Shown here: positions 42,401-55,924 of the stretch, in pieces
Layout of the letters: every line of letters starts with the position of its first letter
Numbering within the stretch: the first letter of the stretch is position 1
Assembly: GCA_951406725.2 (NCBI GenBank)
Contig: OX597830.1
Location: 49,042,001 to 49,106,000 of the forward strand
Direction: 5' to 3'
DNA: 64,000 bases
Source of the DNA: Octopus vulgaris
Lineage: Eukaryota
Translations under genes and position numbers: made by a program
The notes under the pieces: generated by a model
The model's input: the letters and a program-made list of their open reading frames with translations, nothing else
The model's database searches: none
What the model was told of the DNA's origin: nothing

Positions 42401-42796
42401 ATAAATCGATCAAAATCGCACGTACAAAAAACAACAGCCTGCCGTACCACCTGTATTAGCAAGTCGACTTGACCGAAACAATAATGAAAAAAAAAAAACA
42501 CAAAGAAAAACAAAACAAAACCACATAACAAGCACACCCAACTACACAGACACATAAATGCACACCCAGGCACAAATAGACCCGAACTCACGTGTACACA
42601 CACACACACATAAATACACAAAACTGATGAACGAAATGACACCAAACATTGTTTTCCGCGATGGTAATTTGATATTTCATTTAATAGTTTCTTCCTTATC
42701 TCGTTTCCTCTTTGTCTCTCTTGTATTCTTTTATTTATGGCTCCTTGCCTTAATTACTACTTACACCCCCTACAGGCACGATGCAGAAGCACATAT

Positions 42797-42952
42797 GCAC
42801 ACACACACACACACACATACACACACACATGCACATTTACGTTCTAGCAGCGATAAATAACACCAATTGCACGCACACACACACACACATACACACACAC
42901 ATGCACATTTACGTTCTAGCAGCGATAAATAACACCAATTGCACGCACACAC
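42797..42952. repeat. 72-bp tandem duplication between (CA)n tracts
   Basis: gcacatttacgttctagcagcgataaataacaccaattgcacgcacacac occurs at 42831 and 42903. Confidence 0.92.
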
Positions 42953-43426
42953 ATATTACACACTGTATAATATGTGACGCACAAAAATATGCAATCATTC
43001 AGTGTACGCTATACATACATATGTGTATGAAAGTATGTGCGCATGCACTATTCCATGCATGCATGTGTATGAGAGCGTGTATGTACATTAGAGGGTGGAA
43101 TGGTAGGGAATTTGTTTGAAGCAATTCCACCCGGAGTATCGAAATGCGACACGTTTTTACAACGTTGTTTTTCAATTCTCTTTTAGTGCAGTTTAATTAA
43201 TCATTAATATAGACATGGCTTGATTAGATTTCACATTTTTATAATTACATCTTTCTCTCTCTCTCTTATAAAGTTCCCAAACTAGAAGCAATAAACACTT
43301 CTATCCTTTCACTATCTTCCTACCGACACTGGCGTCTCTCCCGTTCCGCGATTCTACACACTCTCTTTTAAGCATTCTCTCTTTATCTGCTTCCCTCTGT
43401 TACACACACGCACACACACACACACA

Positions 43427-43474
<48 letters not shown>

Positions 43475-43496
43475 ACCTGCCTATTCCCTTCTACCG

Positions 43497-43557
43497 CTTC
43501 TTCTTCTTCTTCTTCTTCTTCTTCTTCTTCTTCTTCTTCTTCTTCTTCTTCTTCTTC
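43497..43557. repeat. (TTC)n microsatellite
   Basis: Directly visible. Confidence 0.95.
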
Positions 43558-44007
43558 TCTATACCCTCCTACCACTATATCTCTGTTTCCTCTCTATGTG
43601 CACACACCACTGATATGCGCCATTAAAAACTCATTACCTGGCTTTCTCACTTTCCGTACTTCTTATCAGCAATTCAGAAAGATTTCGAAAAATGATAAAA
43701 ATAACATATTTACATCTCGATCGTATTGATAGGGAATTTCCCAGAGCAAACGATGAAACATCTAATCGCTCTCTTTCTCCCAATACTAACCTCTCTTTAA
43801 TTCTGTCATTCTATACACTTTCTCTCTTTATCTACACATACATATAGGTATGTAATTGTGTGTATATACATGTGGATATATATGTATAGATATGTATATA
43901 TGTGTACATATGTATGTATATAAATACGTGTGCGCGTGCATGTGTCTGTATGTCTCTCAGGACTTTGACAAATTCAAAACTTTATAAATTTCAAGCGATT
44001 AAGATCA

Positions 44008-44095
<88 letters not shown>

Positions 44096-44310
44096 ATTTA
44101 ATTCAACACGCGCCAAGCATACACACACGCACACACACATGTATATATGAATATGATTGTGAGTGTGTGAGTGTGTGTGTGTTTGTGAAAGAAGGATGAA
44201 TTATAAACAAGCAAAGCACTTAGTATCAAGTTAGATTATGACATTTATATCTTTAGACATTACATGTGTATAGATCACGAGGATATAGGAAGTGAATTGA
44301 TGTGCAGAGG

Positions 44311-44414
44311 ATCCCTTACAGCTGTTTCAAGAACAGATGCACAGATGATGCATGTTGTGCAAAATAAGCTGTAGCAATCCATACATCAGCGATCTGTTCC
44401 ATCATCGGAGAGAG
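44311..44414 (-). ncRNA. Type I hammerhead-like motif with long stem II (duplicate at 47739-47842)
   Basis: Minus strand ctctct CCGATGA t GGAACAGAT...ATCTGTTCT t GAAA CAGCTG TA aggga. 5-bp stem I, 9-bp stem II, palindromic stem III, GUA site. U4 is replaced by C. Confidence 0.55.
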
Positions 44415-44557
44415 AATGAGATATAGCAGTGATCTTTTCCACTGTCGGAAAGGGAATGACGACTTTGGTTATATATAGAAATGTGACCTCACGTGGACTG
44501 TTGGCGATTCTTTACCTCCTTCTTCCTTCTTTCTCTTTGGACTTTCCTATTTTTCCT

Positions 44558-44592
44558 GTTTCCGAAGAAGAGCTATAAACGAAATGTAAAAC
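44558..44592 (+). ncRNA. Degenerate minimal hammerhead-like motif (duplicate at about 47986-48020)
   Basis: gttt CCGAAGA agagctataaac GAAA tg TA aaac. Stem I is intact; core and stem II are mutated. Confidence 0.4.
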
Positions 44593-44991
44593 AACTACTC
44601 TCTTCGTTCACTAAGCATCATACTAATACAGTGCTTGTGCTACGTCCCCACGTTTGATTGTTTTTTTTTTTTCTCTGTGTTATTTTGAATTGACTATGTA
44701 TATGAATTACAAGGGTTAGACGAAGATATATGGAGAGGAAGAAGAAAGAGTAGGTGATCCGATACAAAGAAAGCCATATGCAAGGGACTACAGCTACTGG
44801 TGCCAGAAATGTTGTGGTGGCACCATTAATCGGTGAAAGAGAGAGGGGGAGAAACAGGGAATTAGAGATGGGATGGAGAAAGAAAGCAGTATAGAGTAGA
44901 GTCGCATCAAAAAGGTGAAGATAATCTTGGCTGGAAATGAATACGAGGTGTTCAATTAAATAGTAATAATAAATAATATATATACGTAAAT

Positions 44992-45042
<51 letters not shown>

Positions 45043-45096
45043 TATATATATATACACACATATATATATAATATGTATACATACATATATATATAT

Positions 45097-45135
<39 letters not shown>

Positions 45136-45154
45136 TATATATAAATATGTATAC

Positions 45155-45201
<47 letters not shown>

Positions 45202-45241
45202 CACACATATATATATAATATGTATACATACATATATACAT

Positions 45242-45336
<95 letters not shown>

Positions 45337-45339
<3 letters not shown>

Positions 45340-45987
45340 GTGCAAGACGTCACCAACTGTGTAAACAATATGAAATACGTAGACAAACGAGTTAAATACA
45401 TTAGAAACCACAGAAAAAAAGGGAAAACAGAACAAGTAAACACAGATGAACGACCCATCATCAGTTGTAGGCTGTCTGTCTACTCCTCATTTCGAGCATT
45501 CAACGACAATATGAGTCTTCAAAGACAGTTGCTCCCATATAGAGAGAAGAGAGAGAAAGAATCCAGTCTTTCTCTTCTTACACGGATGTTCAAAGGACTG
45601 GACGTTTCATTCTCCCTCTTCCATCTTTTCTCTTTTCAAAGAAAATATTACTCCGTGTTCAACATTTTCCTCTCGTTCTGGTCTAACGATCCTCCATGTT
45701 CGTTTTCGTTCGGATTCCTTGTATGTTTCCACTGTCCTGTTGTTGTTCCCATCTTTGACCCTTCATAAATCCTAAATTTCATTTTAGGATTTATGTGAGG
45801 ACCTGTCTTTGAAGGCTCATATTGTCGTTGAATGCTCGAAATAAGGAGTAAATACACAACAAACAACTGATGAAGGATCGTTTCCCTGTGTTTATTTGTC
45901 CTGTTTTCCATTTTTTCTCGTTTATATATTTAACCCGTTTGTCTACGTATTTCATGTTGTTTACACATAGGTGACGTTCTGTACCCA
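45337..45987. mobile_element. Foldback element with about 200-bp imperfect inverted arms, in a TA-rich microsatellite (duplicate at 48784-49434)
   Basis: 45337-45539 is the approximate reverse complement of 45792-45987. The ORF track shows the same peptide ([15 protein letters not shown]...[13 protein letters not shown]) on both strands. Confidence 0.8.
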
Positions 45988-46085
45988 CATATATGTATGT
46001 GTATATACATATATACACATATATTATTCATTATTATTATTTCATTGAACACAACGCATCGATATATATATATATATATATATAT

Positions 46086-46440
46086 GGCTCGGTGGCTATA
46101 GCATGGTTCGGTAGTTAGAGCGCGGGACTCACAATCATGAGGTAGTGAGTTCGGTTCCGACACCGGGCTGTGTGCTGTGTTCTTGAACAAAACACTTTAT
46201 TTCCCATTGTTCCAGTTCACTCATCTGGAGAAATGAGTTGCTACGTCACTGTTGCGAAGCTGTATAGGTCTTTGCCTTTCCCTTAGATAACTTCGGTGGC
46301 GTGAGAATGGAAGGCCGGTAGTATGCATGGGCGACTGCTGGTCTTCCATAAACAAGCTTGCGCGGACTTATGCCTCGGAAGGGAACTTTCTAGGTGCAAC
46401 CCCATTGTCATTTATGACCGAAGGAGGTCTTTACCCTTTA
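46086..46440 (+). mobile_element. tRNA-derived SINE related to family C (duplicate at 49525-49879)
   Basis: Head ...ggactcacaatcatgaggtagtgagttcggttcc (B box), gtgttcttgaacaaaacacttta core, tttacccttta tail. Confidence 0.82.
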
Positions 46441-46453
46441 AATATATATTTTA

Positions 46454-46733
46454 CAGTGATCACCGTGACCGACCAGGCTATCAGATGTTGTTACACATCG
46501 CTGGTCACAATGCGCTTCGCATTATTTTAGCTTTCAAGTGACGCCACCCCGCTGGCTAAGCGAGCGGGCCAAAAGAAGAAAGAGTGAGAGAAAGTTGTGG
46601 CGAAAGATTACAGCAATGATCGCCATCACCCCCTGCCGGAGCATCGTGGAGCTTTAGGTGTTTTTCGCTCAATAATCGAAACCGCGATCCTACGACCGCG
46701 AGTCCACTGCCTTAACCACTGGGCCATTGCACC
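46454..46733 (-). mobile_element. tRNA-derived SINE family D (duplicate at 49893-50172)
   Basis: Minus strand starts ggtgcaaTGGCCCAGTGGttaaggcagtggactcgcggtcgtaggatcgcGGTTTCGATT (A and B boxes), then a non-tRNA body. Confidence 0.82.
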
Positions 46734-46734
46734 T

Positions 46735-46784
<50 letters not shown>

Positions 46785-46875
46785 GAGAGAGAGAGAGAAA
46801 GGAAAGGGTAATAAAACTTTCCCTCTTTCCCTTTAATTCTCTGTCTGTTATACGGTGTGTAAGTTTGATTTAATT

Positions 46876-47022
46876 TGCAGTCCGTTGGTTACGATAACGA
46901 AGGTGCCCAGTTGATCCTACCAACAGAATCGCCTGCTCCTAAAATTAACGCCCAAGTGGCTCTACTTTACAGACACATGTACCCTTAACGTAGTCCTCAG
47001 GGACGGCTGGCCCTTAGAAATA
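46876..47022 (-). mobile_element. SINE-like fragment, family E (duplicate at 50314-50460)
   Basis: cagacacatgtacccttaacgtagtcctcaggg is recalled as an octopus SINE body. No independent copy in this window. Confidence 0.5.
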
Positions 47023-47154
47023 CATATACAACGCATTCTTGCCTGCTGGGTAGACTGTTGTATAAACTGTTTGTTCTATAAATATCTATATATTTATACT
47101 TAAATTTATATGCATAAATACATACATATATGCATATAATAGCCATCCATCCGC

Positions 47155-47189
<35 letters not shown>

Positions 47190-47472
47190 ACTATCCTTCG
47201 GTGAAACCTTTTATGAATTTGGCTCCCTCTATAAGAAAGCACGTGGGTGTATATGTGAATGACCGTATGATGACAAACATGGTTACGCATTCATTATTGG
47301 AAAATCACAAGACAAGCATATTTCAACATCGACATTTTAGCATGTTTGTATTTTCACTCTCAAATATTACACAACTCTCTCTCTCTCTCTCTCTCTCCCT
47401 CCCTCTGATAATCCTACATTCACACACAATATATATATATATATATATGCATGTTTGCATGTATGTATATCA

Positions 47473-47523
<51 letters not shown>

Positions 47524-48421
47524 ATTTAATTCAACACGCGCCAAGCATACACACACGCACACACACATGTATATATGAATATGATTGTGAGTGTGTGAGT
47601 GTGTGTGTGTTTGTGAAAGAAGGATGAATTATAAACAAGCAAAGCACTTAGTATCAAGTTAGATTATGACATTTATATCTTTAGACATTACATGTGTATA
47701 GATCACGAGGATATAGGAAGTGAATTGATGTGCAGAGGATCCCTTACAGCTGTTTCAAGAACAGATGCACAGATGATGCATGTTGTGCAAAATAAGCTGT
47801 AGCAATCCATACATCAGCGATCTGTTCCATCATCGGAGAGAGAATGAGATATAGCAGTGATCTTTTCCACTGTCGGAAAGGGAATGACGACTTTGGTTAT
47901 ATATAGAAATGTGACCTCACGTGGACTGTTGGCGATTCTTTACCTCCTTCTTCCTTCTTTCTCTTTGGACTTTCCTATTTTTCCTGTTTCCGAAGAAGAG
48001 CTATAAACGAAATGTAAAACAACTACTCTCTTCGTTCACTAAGCATCATACTAATACAGTGCTTGTGCTACGTCCCCACGTTTGATTGTTTTTTTTTTTT
48101 TTTCTCTGTGTTATTTTGAATTGACTATGTATATGAATTACAAGGGTTAGACGAAGATATATGGAGAGGAAGAAGAAAGAGTAGGTGATCCGATACAAAG
48201 AAAGCCATATGCAAGGGACTACAGCTACTGGTGCCAGAAATGTTGTGGTGGCACCATTAATCGGTGAAAGAGAGAGGGGAGAAACAGGGAATTAGAGATG
48301 GGATGGAGAAAGAAAGCAGTATAGAGTAGAGTCGCATCAAAAAGGTGAAGATAATCTTGGCTGGAAATGAATACGAGGTGTTCAATTAAATAGTAATAAT
48401 AAATAATATATATACGTAAAT

Positions 48422-48468
<47 letters not shown>

Positions 48469-48524
48469 TATATATATATACACACATATATATATATAAT
48501 ATGTATACATACATATATATATAT

Positions 48525-48570
<46 letters not shown>

Positions 48571-48593
48571 GCATATATATATAATATGTATAC

Positions 48594-48638
<45 letters not shown>

Positions 48639-48678
48639 CACACATATATATATAATATGTATACATACATATATACAT

Positions 48679-48786
<108 letters not shown>

Positions 48787-50173
48787 GTGCAAGACGTCAC
48801 CAACTGTGTAAACAATATGAAATACGTAGACAAACGAGTTAAATACATTAGAAACCACAGAAAAAAAGGGAAAACAGAACAAGTAAACACAGATGAACGA
48901 CCCATCATCAGTTGTAGGCTGTCTGTCTACTCCTCATTTCGAGCATTCAACGACAATATGAGTCTTCAAAGACAGTTGCTCCCATATAGAGAGAAGAGAG
49001 AGAAAGAATCCAGTCTTTCTCTTCTTACACGGATGTTCAAAGGACTGGACGTTTCATTCTCCCTCTTCCATCTTTTCTCTTTTCAAAGAAAATATTACTC
49101 CGTGTTCAACATTTTCCTCTCGTTCTGGTCTAACGATCCTCCATGTTCGTTTTCGTTCGGATTCCTTGTATGTTTCCACTGTCCTGTTGTTGTTCCCATC
49201 TTTGACCCTTCATAAATCCTAAATTTCATTTTAGGATTTATGTGAGGACCTGTCTTTGAAGGCTCATATTGTCGTTGAATGCTCGAAATAAGGAGTAAAT
49301 ACACAACAAACAACTGATGAAGGATCGTTTCCCTGTGTTTATTTGTCCTGTTTTCCATTTTTTCTCGTTTATATATTTAACCCGTTTGTCTACGTATTTC
49401 ATGTTGTTTACACATAGGTGACGTTCTGTACCCACATATATGTATGTGTATATACATATATACACATATATTATTCATTATTATTATTTCATTAACACCG
49501 CATATATTTATATTATATATATATGGCTCGGTGGCTATAGCATGGTTCGGTAGTTAGAGCGCGGGACTCACAATCATGAGGTAGTGAGTTCGGTTCCGAC
49601 ACCGGGCTGTGTGCTGTGTTCTTGAACAAAACACTTTATTTCCCATTGTTCCAGTTCACTCATCTGGAGAAATGAGTTGCTACGTCACTGTTGCGAAGCT
49701 GTATAGGTCTTTGCCTTTCCCTTAGATAACTTCGGTGGCGTGAGAATGGAAGGCCGGTAGTATGCATGGGCGACTGCTGGTCTTCCATAAACAAGCTTGC
49801 GCGGACTTATGCCTCGGAAGGGAACTTTCTAGGTGCAACCCCATTGTCATTTATGACCGAAGGAGGTCTTTACCCTTTAAATATATATTTTACAGTGATC
49901 ACCGTGACCGACCAGGCTATCAGATGTTGTTACACATCGCTGGTCACAATGCGCTTCGCATTATTTTAGCTTTCAAGTGACGCCACCCCGCTGGCTAAGC
50001 GAGCGGGCCAAAAGAAGAAAGAGTGAGAGAAAGTTGTGGCGAAAGATTACAGCAATGATCGCCATCACCCCCTGCCGGAGCATCGTGGAGCTTTAGGTGT
50101 TTTTCGCTCAATAATCGAAACCGCGATCCTACGACCGCGAGTCCACTGCCTTAACCACTGGGCCATTGCACCT

Positions 50174-50221
<48 letters not shown>

Positions 50222-50592
50222 GAGAGAGAGAGAGAGAAGGAAAGGGTAATAAAACTTTCCCTCTTTCCCTTTAATTCTCTGTCTGTTATACGGTGTGTAA
50301 GTTTGATTTAATTTGCAGTCCGTTGGTTACGATAACGAAGGTGCCCAGTTGATCCTACCAACAGAATCGCCTGCTCCTAAAATTAACGCCCAAGTGGCTC
50401 TACTTTACAGACACATGTACCCTTAACGTAGTCCTCAGGGACGGCTGGCCCTTAGAAATACATATACAACGCATTCTTGCCTGCTGGGTAGACTGTTGTA
50501 TAAACTGTTTGTTCTATAAATATCTATATATTTATACTTAAATTTATATGCATAAATACATACATATATGCATATAATAGCCATCCATCCGC

Positions 50593-50627
<35 letters not shown>

Positions 50628-50906
50628 ACTATCCTTCGGTGAAACCTTTTATGAATTTGGCTCCCTCTATAAGAAAGCACGTGGGTGTATATGTGAATGA
50701 CCGTATGATGACAAACATGGTTACGCATTCATTATTGGAAAATCACAAGACAAGCATATTTCAACATCGACATTTTAGCATGTTTGTATTTTCACTCTCA
50801 AATATTACACAACTCTCTCTCTCTCTCTCTCTCTCCCTCCCTCTGATAATCCTACATTCACACACAATATATATATATATGTGCATGTTTGCATGTATGT
50901 ATATCA

Positions 50907-51039
<133 letters not shown>

Positions 51040-51584
51040 CGTACATATATTTACCCAAAGAGAGATATATGTTTATATATCGATGCAATGAATAGATTTA
51101 AAAGAAAAAAGCCCGCGAGAGATGATTTTTCCGAATTTGTGCAACAGAAAGTGTAGTGATTATATAAGCTGGAATCACAACACTCGGCGATTCAAACTGC
51201 TATAACGTTTAGCATTAATCTAAACACCAACTCGGGATATCTGCTCACAATATTAATTACATTTGTCTCTCTCACACAAACAGCTTGGAAACTTCTACAG
51301 ACATTAGTTTGTTTACACACATGCTTCTCCCAGCTATCTTCTCACATTGGACCTCCTCCTCCGCCTCCTCCGCCACCTCTCCTCCGCCTCCCCCTATATT
51401 TGCAGAGGAATCTTTAGAAAGACTGTTCCACAAACAACTCCCCGCCATCTCCACAATCGCCATACGATCTGGTCCGCACAACACGCACAAGAACTTCGCG
51501 TCATACGCATACAAAATCACAGGTAAACATGCACTAATACACAGACATAAATTTTGAGTATAAACAGGTAACCAAACAAGCATA

Positions 51585-51586
<2 letters not shown>

Positions 51587-51657
<71 letters not shown>
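51587..51657. repeat. (CA)n microsatellite
   Basis: Directly visible. Confidence 0.95.
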
Positions 51658-51659
<2 letters not shown>

Positions 51660-52115
51660 GCGCACACACTCACAAACATATTCTCACACACATGGACACG
51701 CGATTCGAGCGTTTTTCAACATCTCGGAAACAATTGGGATTCTTTTACGGTGGGGCTTCCATACTTTACTTCTATTTTTATAAGCTCTTGTATGCGAGAG
51801 GAATCAGAGAAAATGTGGTATTGACCTGTTGTCATGTGAACTAGTGTAATCTAAAACTGTTCTGGTAAATATGTGTAGGTGTATGCGCGCGCGTAGTGTG
51901 TGCATGTACGCGTATGGAACCGAAAAGCGTGGGTGTATCACGACGTAGGAGTTGTTATACAAATAAATCCTACTATATATAAGCACACGCACACACACAC
52001 ACACACACGCACATGCTCGCACACATACACACATGCTCACACACAGATACACACACTCACGCTCACACACATGTTTGCATGTATGTATATAAATACGTTT
52101 TTATGTTTGTATACT

Positions 52116-52147
<32 letters not shown>

Positions 52148-52157
52148 TGTATGTATG

Positions 52158-52196
<39 letters not shown>

Positions 52197-52325
52197 CGCA
52201 CTTATGCATATGTCTGTATACACACACTAAGACAGGTAGACACGCACATTCGCTCACACACACATATATGTATATATGAATGTATATACATCTATATACT
52301 TATATATACATACATACATAGATAC

Positions 52326-52357
<32 letters not shown>

Positions 52358-52997
52358 ATGTATGTATGTATGTATAATTGTATCCATGTATGTATGTATA
52401 TATTACACTGATGAATATCAACCTAGACAGCAAGTTTAGTTCAGCTAAGCGAGATTTCTGATCACTGAGAATGGGCAACGACTCAACAGGTGGTCGGTGC
52501 TATGACTTTATTCCTTTTTCGAAGTAATTAACTGAGATGAATAGACAGCAAATGTACCGCATACACGATGTACGTCGGGGAAGATGCAAAAATTTGTTTA
52601 AAAATCCACATCCACACATAGAAACAGGCATGGATACATATGAGCAGGGTTACGCATAAATACGCACGCTCTCGTACAAACGTACACACGTGTATGTATT
52701 GATATACACGCACATACGCAAATATATCAAAACATACGAGCATACATACATACATACATACATAGATATACGCATGCATGCATACATACTACATAGATGC
52801 AAGCGCACACGTTTTCAGATACATGTTCATACATACACCCATACATATATATGTATGTTTACAAATCCATAATACGTTACTGAAGTTTATCATTTAAGTA
52901 TATATGAGCATGTCTAGATATGCAAGTGTATGCATAAGAATACAGATATAAAACAAAACATACAAATCTGCACGCATACATACAATCAAACAAAAAT

Positions 52998-53195
52998 ACA
53001 ATGTTGCTGATGTTGAAATTCCAAAGAAGAAGGCTTAGATCTCAGTTAGAAACCGATTCTTTCTCCATTGGCAAGAAATCTTGAAATAAAACTGAATAAT
53101 GACATACATACATACATACATACATACATACATACATACATACATACATACATACATACATACATACATACATACATACATACATACATACATAC
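52998..53195 (+). mobile_element. Probable retroposon 3' end with (CATA)n tail
   Basis: ...ggcaagaaatcttgaaataaaactgaataatga followed by (CATA)n at 53103-53195. Family recalled from octopus repeats. Confidence 0.45.
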
Positions 53196-53981
53196 TTTAT
53201 GGGTAAAATTTAACATGGAAAACGTATTCAGTGCATAGTTGTTCAAGTGGTTTTATTCAACGAAGTACTACTTAGACATTTTTTTACTAGATCTTGACTT
53301 GTTTCCCTTGACACAAAAAGAAATGCTGTCCCTCTTCCATTATAATTTTTCCAGGTAACAGGTAAAAAAAACAACAACCTAAAACGATACGGGTAGTATT
53401 AACTTGCACGAAAGAGGGTAAAAAGTGAGAGATTTCGTTGTCAGCATTAACTCGTGTCCGAGTGAGTATTAAATCTATGGCCCGTAAGTGAGCTTCTTCA
53501 TCTTGATGAGCGCAGAGAGTACGTGAGGTAGCTGTTCAGGCGAAGGGCAGTCTAGAAGAGCCAGGGGTATTTATCGTTGGGTAGGGTTGACGGGTGACGA
53601 CGGCGCAAGTCGCTGTTGTGTCTTCAACGTTTGATTTCTGAATAATAAAGTAATAAAGGGAAAATAGTAAGAATGTACAAAAGGTGCCTGTTTTTACATA
53701 TCTCTCTTTATTATGTCTACTCACATTTTTCACCATATTTTCTCCTGCAAATTACCGGTTGTCACATTCATTTTACAGCTTGTCGAATTCCAGATCAGCA
53801 ACAAATGCTGCGGAGCGTAACGGCATAAAACAATACGGAACCTAGAATTGCCATTCTATTCCTGAATATGAATAGCAAATCACACACTAATTTATAGAAA
53901 AAGAAGCATGAAAAACTTACCTGACCTAAATAAAGTTCACCAGTCCTCAATTAGTAAATTACGTAGTTCATATATCATTTA

Positions 53982-54358
53982 CTAGCAGTATCGCCCGGCG
54001 TTGCTCGGGTTTGTAAGGGAAATAACTATATAAGCATTTTTAGAGATGTAAAGTATAATTGCCATCTCAATATGGCTAACCACAAAGGGGGGGTGTTACT
54101 GTAGCTTTTTACGTTCTGAGATTTAATAAATTTTTAGAGAGTATGTATGCCATGCATTAAAAATGGGAAAAATTGATGGTAATTTTTTTTTAATCGTAGA
54201 CTTATCGTAGACGCGCGCTAATACCCAGAAGGGCTCGATATAAATCACGACTATAAGATACCCGGTTTTGGTTAAACTGCACCGCAAAATGTGGGAGTAG
54301 TTAGGAATCTAAATCGTAGGAGACAGACAGCACACAACCTCACTTTTATATATAAAGA
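53982..54358 (-). mobile_element. Non-autonomous Helitron-like element (377 bp)
   Basis: Minus strand A|TCTTTATATATAAAAGTGAGG...CCCGagcaacgcCGGG cgatactg CTAG|T. 5' TC, 3' hairpin plus CTAG, A|T target, no TSD. Confidence 0.85.
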
Positions 54359-54359
54359 T

Positions 54360-54960
54360 TTTCGGGAACTATCTTTTTCAAGCTAGTCCCCTTAGCAACG
54401 GACACAGCGTCCTAAGCGCATCTTTTCTGACCCAGAAAGCTTCCTAGAAGTCTTTCTAATTGTCAAACACTGTTTCTGATTCTGTTTGAATTTAATTATT
54501 ATGGTATCGAAGGATCACTCCTTCAATAGCATTTTCATTTGGTGACACACATCGGGATCGTAGGCGTATAGATCTGGTATGTACGAAAATGTGGAACGGC
54601 CGCCTTCTTGTTATTTATCGAAAACTGTCGTTTCGAGGGGAAGTTTTCCGTATCTCCTAGCAGACTCTATAACTGATTCCAGTCATGTGAAAGAACAGTT
54701 CAGCGACGATTCTCACTGATGCGTTCCCATTTCAAATTTTCTGGTGTTTTACTAATCATTAATCACTTTAAACATTCATTAACTTGTGATATAAAACAAC
54801 CCACGATCTTTAAAACGCAAATCCCTTTAGAAAATCTGTTTGACCTAAGAGCGATCACAAAAAGCCTGAGGAGGTATTTCGAGAATTTGTATCAGATTTT
54901 CCGAGCATCAGAGAAACTTCGCTGCAAGAACCGTTCTATGACGTCGTTACAAAATCTCAC
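54360..54960 (-). mobile_element. Decayed mariner transposase C-terminal remnant
   Basis: Minus strand about 54600-54505 reads, across frameshifts, VPH..YIPDL.AYD...QMKMLLKE*SFDT. This resembles HPPYSPDLAPCDF.LFPKMK..LKG.RFD. Confidence 0.5.
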
Positions 54961-55584
54961 ATAATAATTGAATTGAAGGAGATAGCCTGAAGTCTATTGT
55001 AGACTAACTCTTTAGGTTGACTAACAACAAGGGTCATATTTGCACGCAGTTTTGTTACTTTAAAAGTCAGTGCAATACAAACTAGAAATACATAAGTGAG
55101 AAAGACAAAAAAAAATTACTCTTAAATTTATAACCTACCATTTCGGGGGTTAAAATTCTATTATCACGGAAAATGGAATTCGTTAACGAACTTGTATATT
55201 TCGCACAGCTTTACTCATAATCAATAGTACTGTTATCAAAACCAATCCACATTGTGCAAATCGCATCTACTGTTTATAGATGGATTTAATTTATGAATGT
55301 TCATGTCGCTTGCCATTCCTAAATAACTGTGCCAAATACATCGACTTGTCGCTATTCTCATTTTTGTTTTGATAAAGGGATTAAAATTATATCGAAATAT
55401 AATGTAAAGTGTAAGGTTTAGTTTTGTCCCAACATTTTTATTGTCACTCCTTTATTTGCAGTTTCTATAGCACAGACTCGTTAAAAGTAATTTTAACGAG
55501 TATATCACATAATTTTTCACAACACACGCACACACACATGCACAAACATACACACAGATACACACACGCACGCGCGCTTACATA

Positions 55585-55642
<58 letters not shown>

Positions 55643-55645
<3 letters not shown>

Positions 55646-55874
55646 TTCTTTACTACCCACAAGGGGCTAAACACAGAGGGGACAAACAAGGACAGACAAA
55701 CGGATTAAGTCGATTACATCAACCCCCAGTGCGTAACTAGTACTTAATTTATCGACCCCGAAAGGATGAAAGGCAAAGTCGACCTCGGCGGAATTTGAAC
55801 CCAGAACGTAACGGCAGACGAAATACGGCTACGCATTTCGCCCGGCGTGCTAACGTTTCAGCCAGCTCGCCGCC
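55643..55874 (-). mobile_element. SINE family A, full length, inserted in (TA)n
   Basis: Close reverse complement of the 2395 and 22813 copies, from ggcggcgagctggc to gtgggtagtaaagaaata. Confidence 0.92.
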
Positions 55875-55878
55875 TTGA

Positions 55879-55924
<46 letters not shown>

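Noticed and set aside
42621-42645. CTGATGA-ac-GAAA hammerhead boxes
   Set aside because: No room for stem II and no stem I or III. Treated as chance.
45220-45911. Same peptide encoded on both strands as a gene pair
   Set aside because: Fully explained by the inverted arms of the foldback element.
46670-46733. tRNA gene (also at 28060, 46086 and the family A/B heads)
   Set aside because: A and B boxes are present, but there is no complete cloverleaf and each continues into a SINE body and tail.
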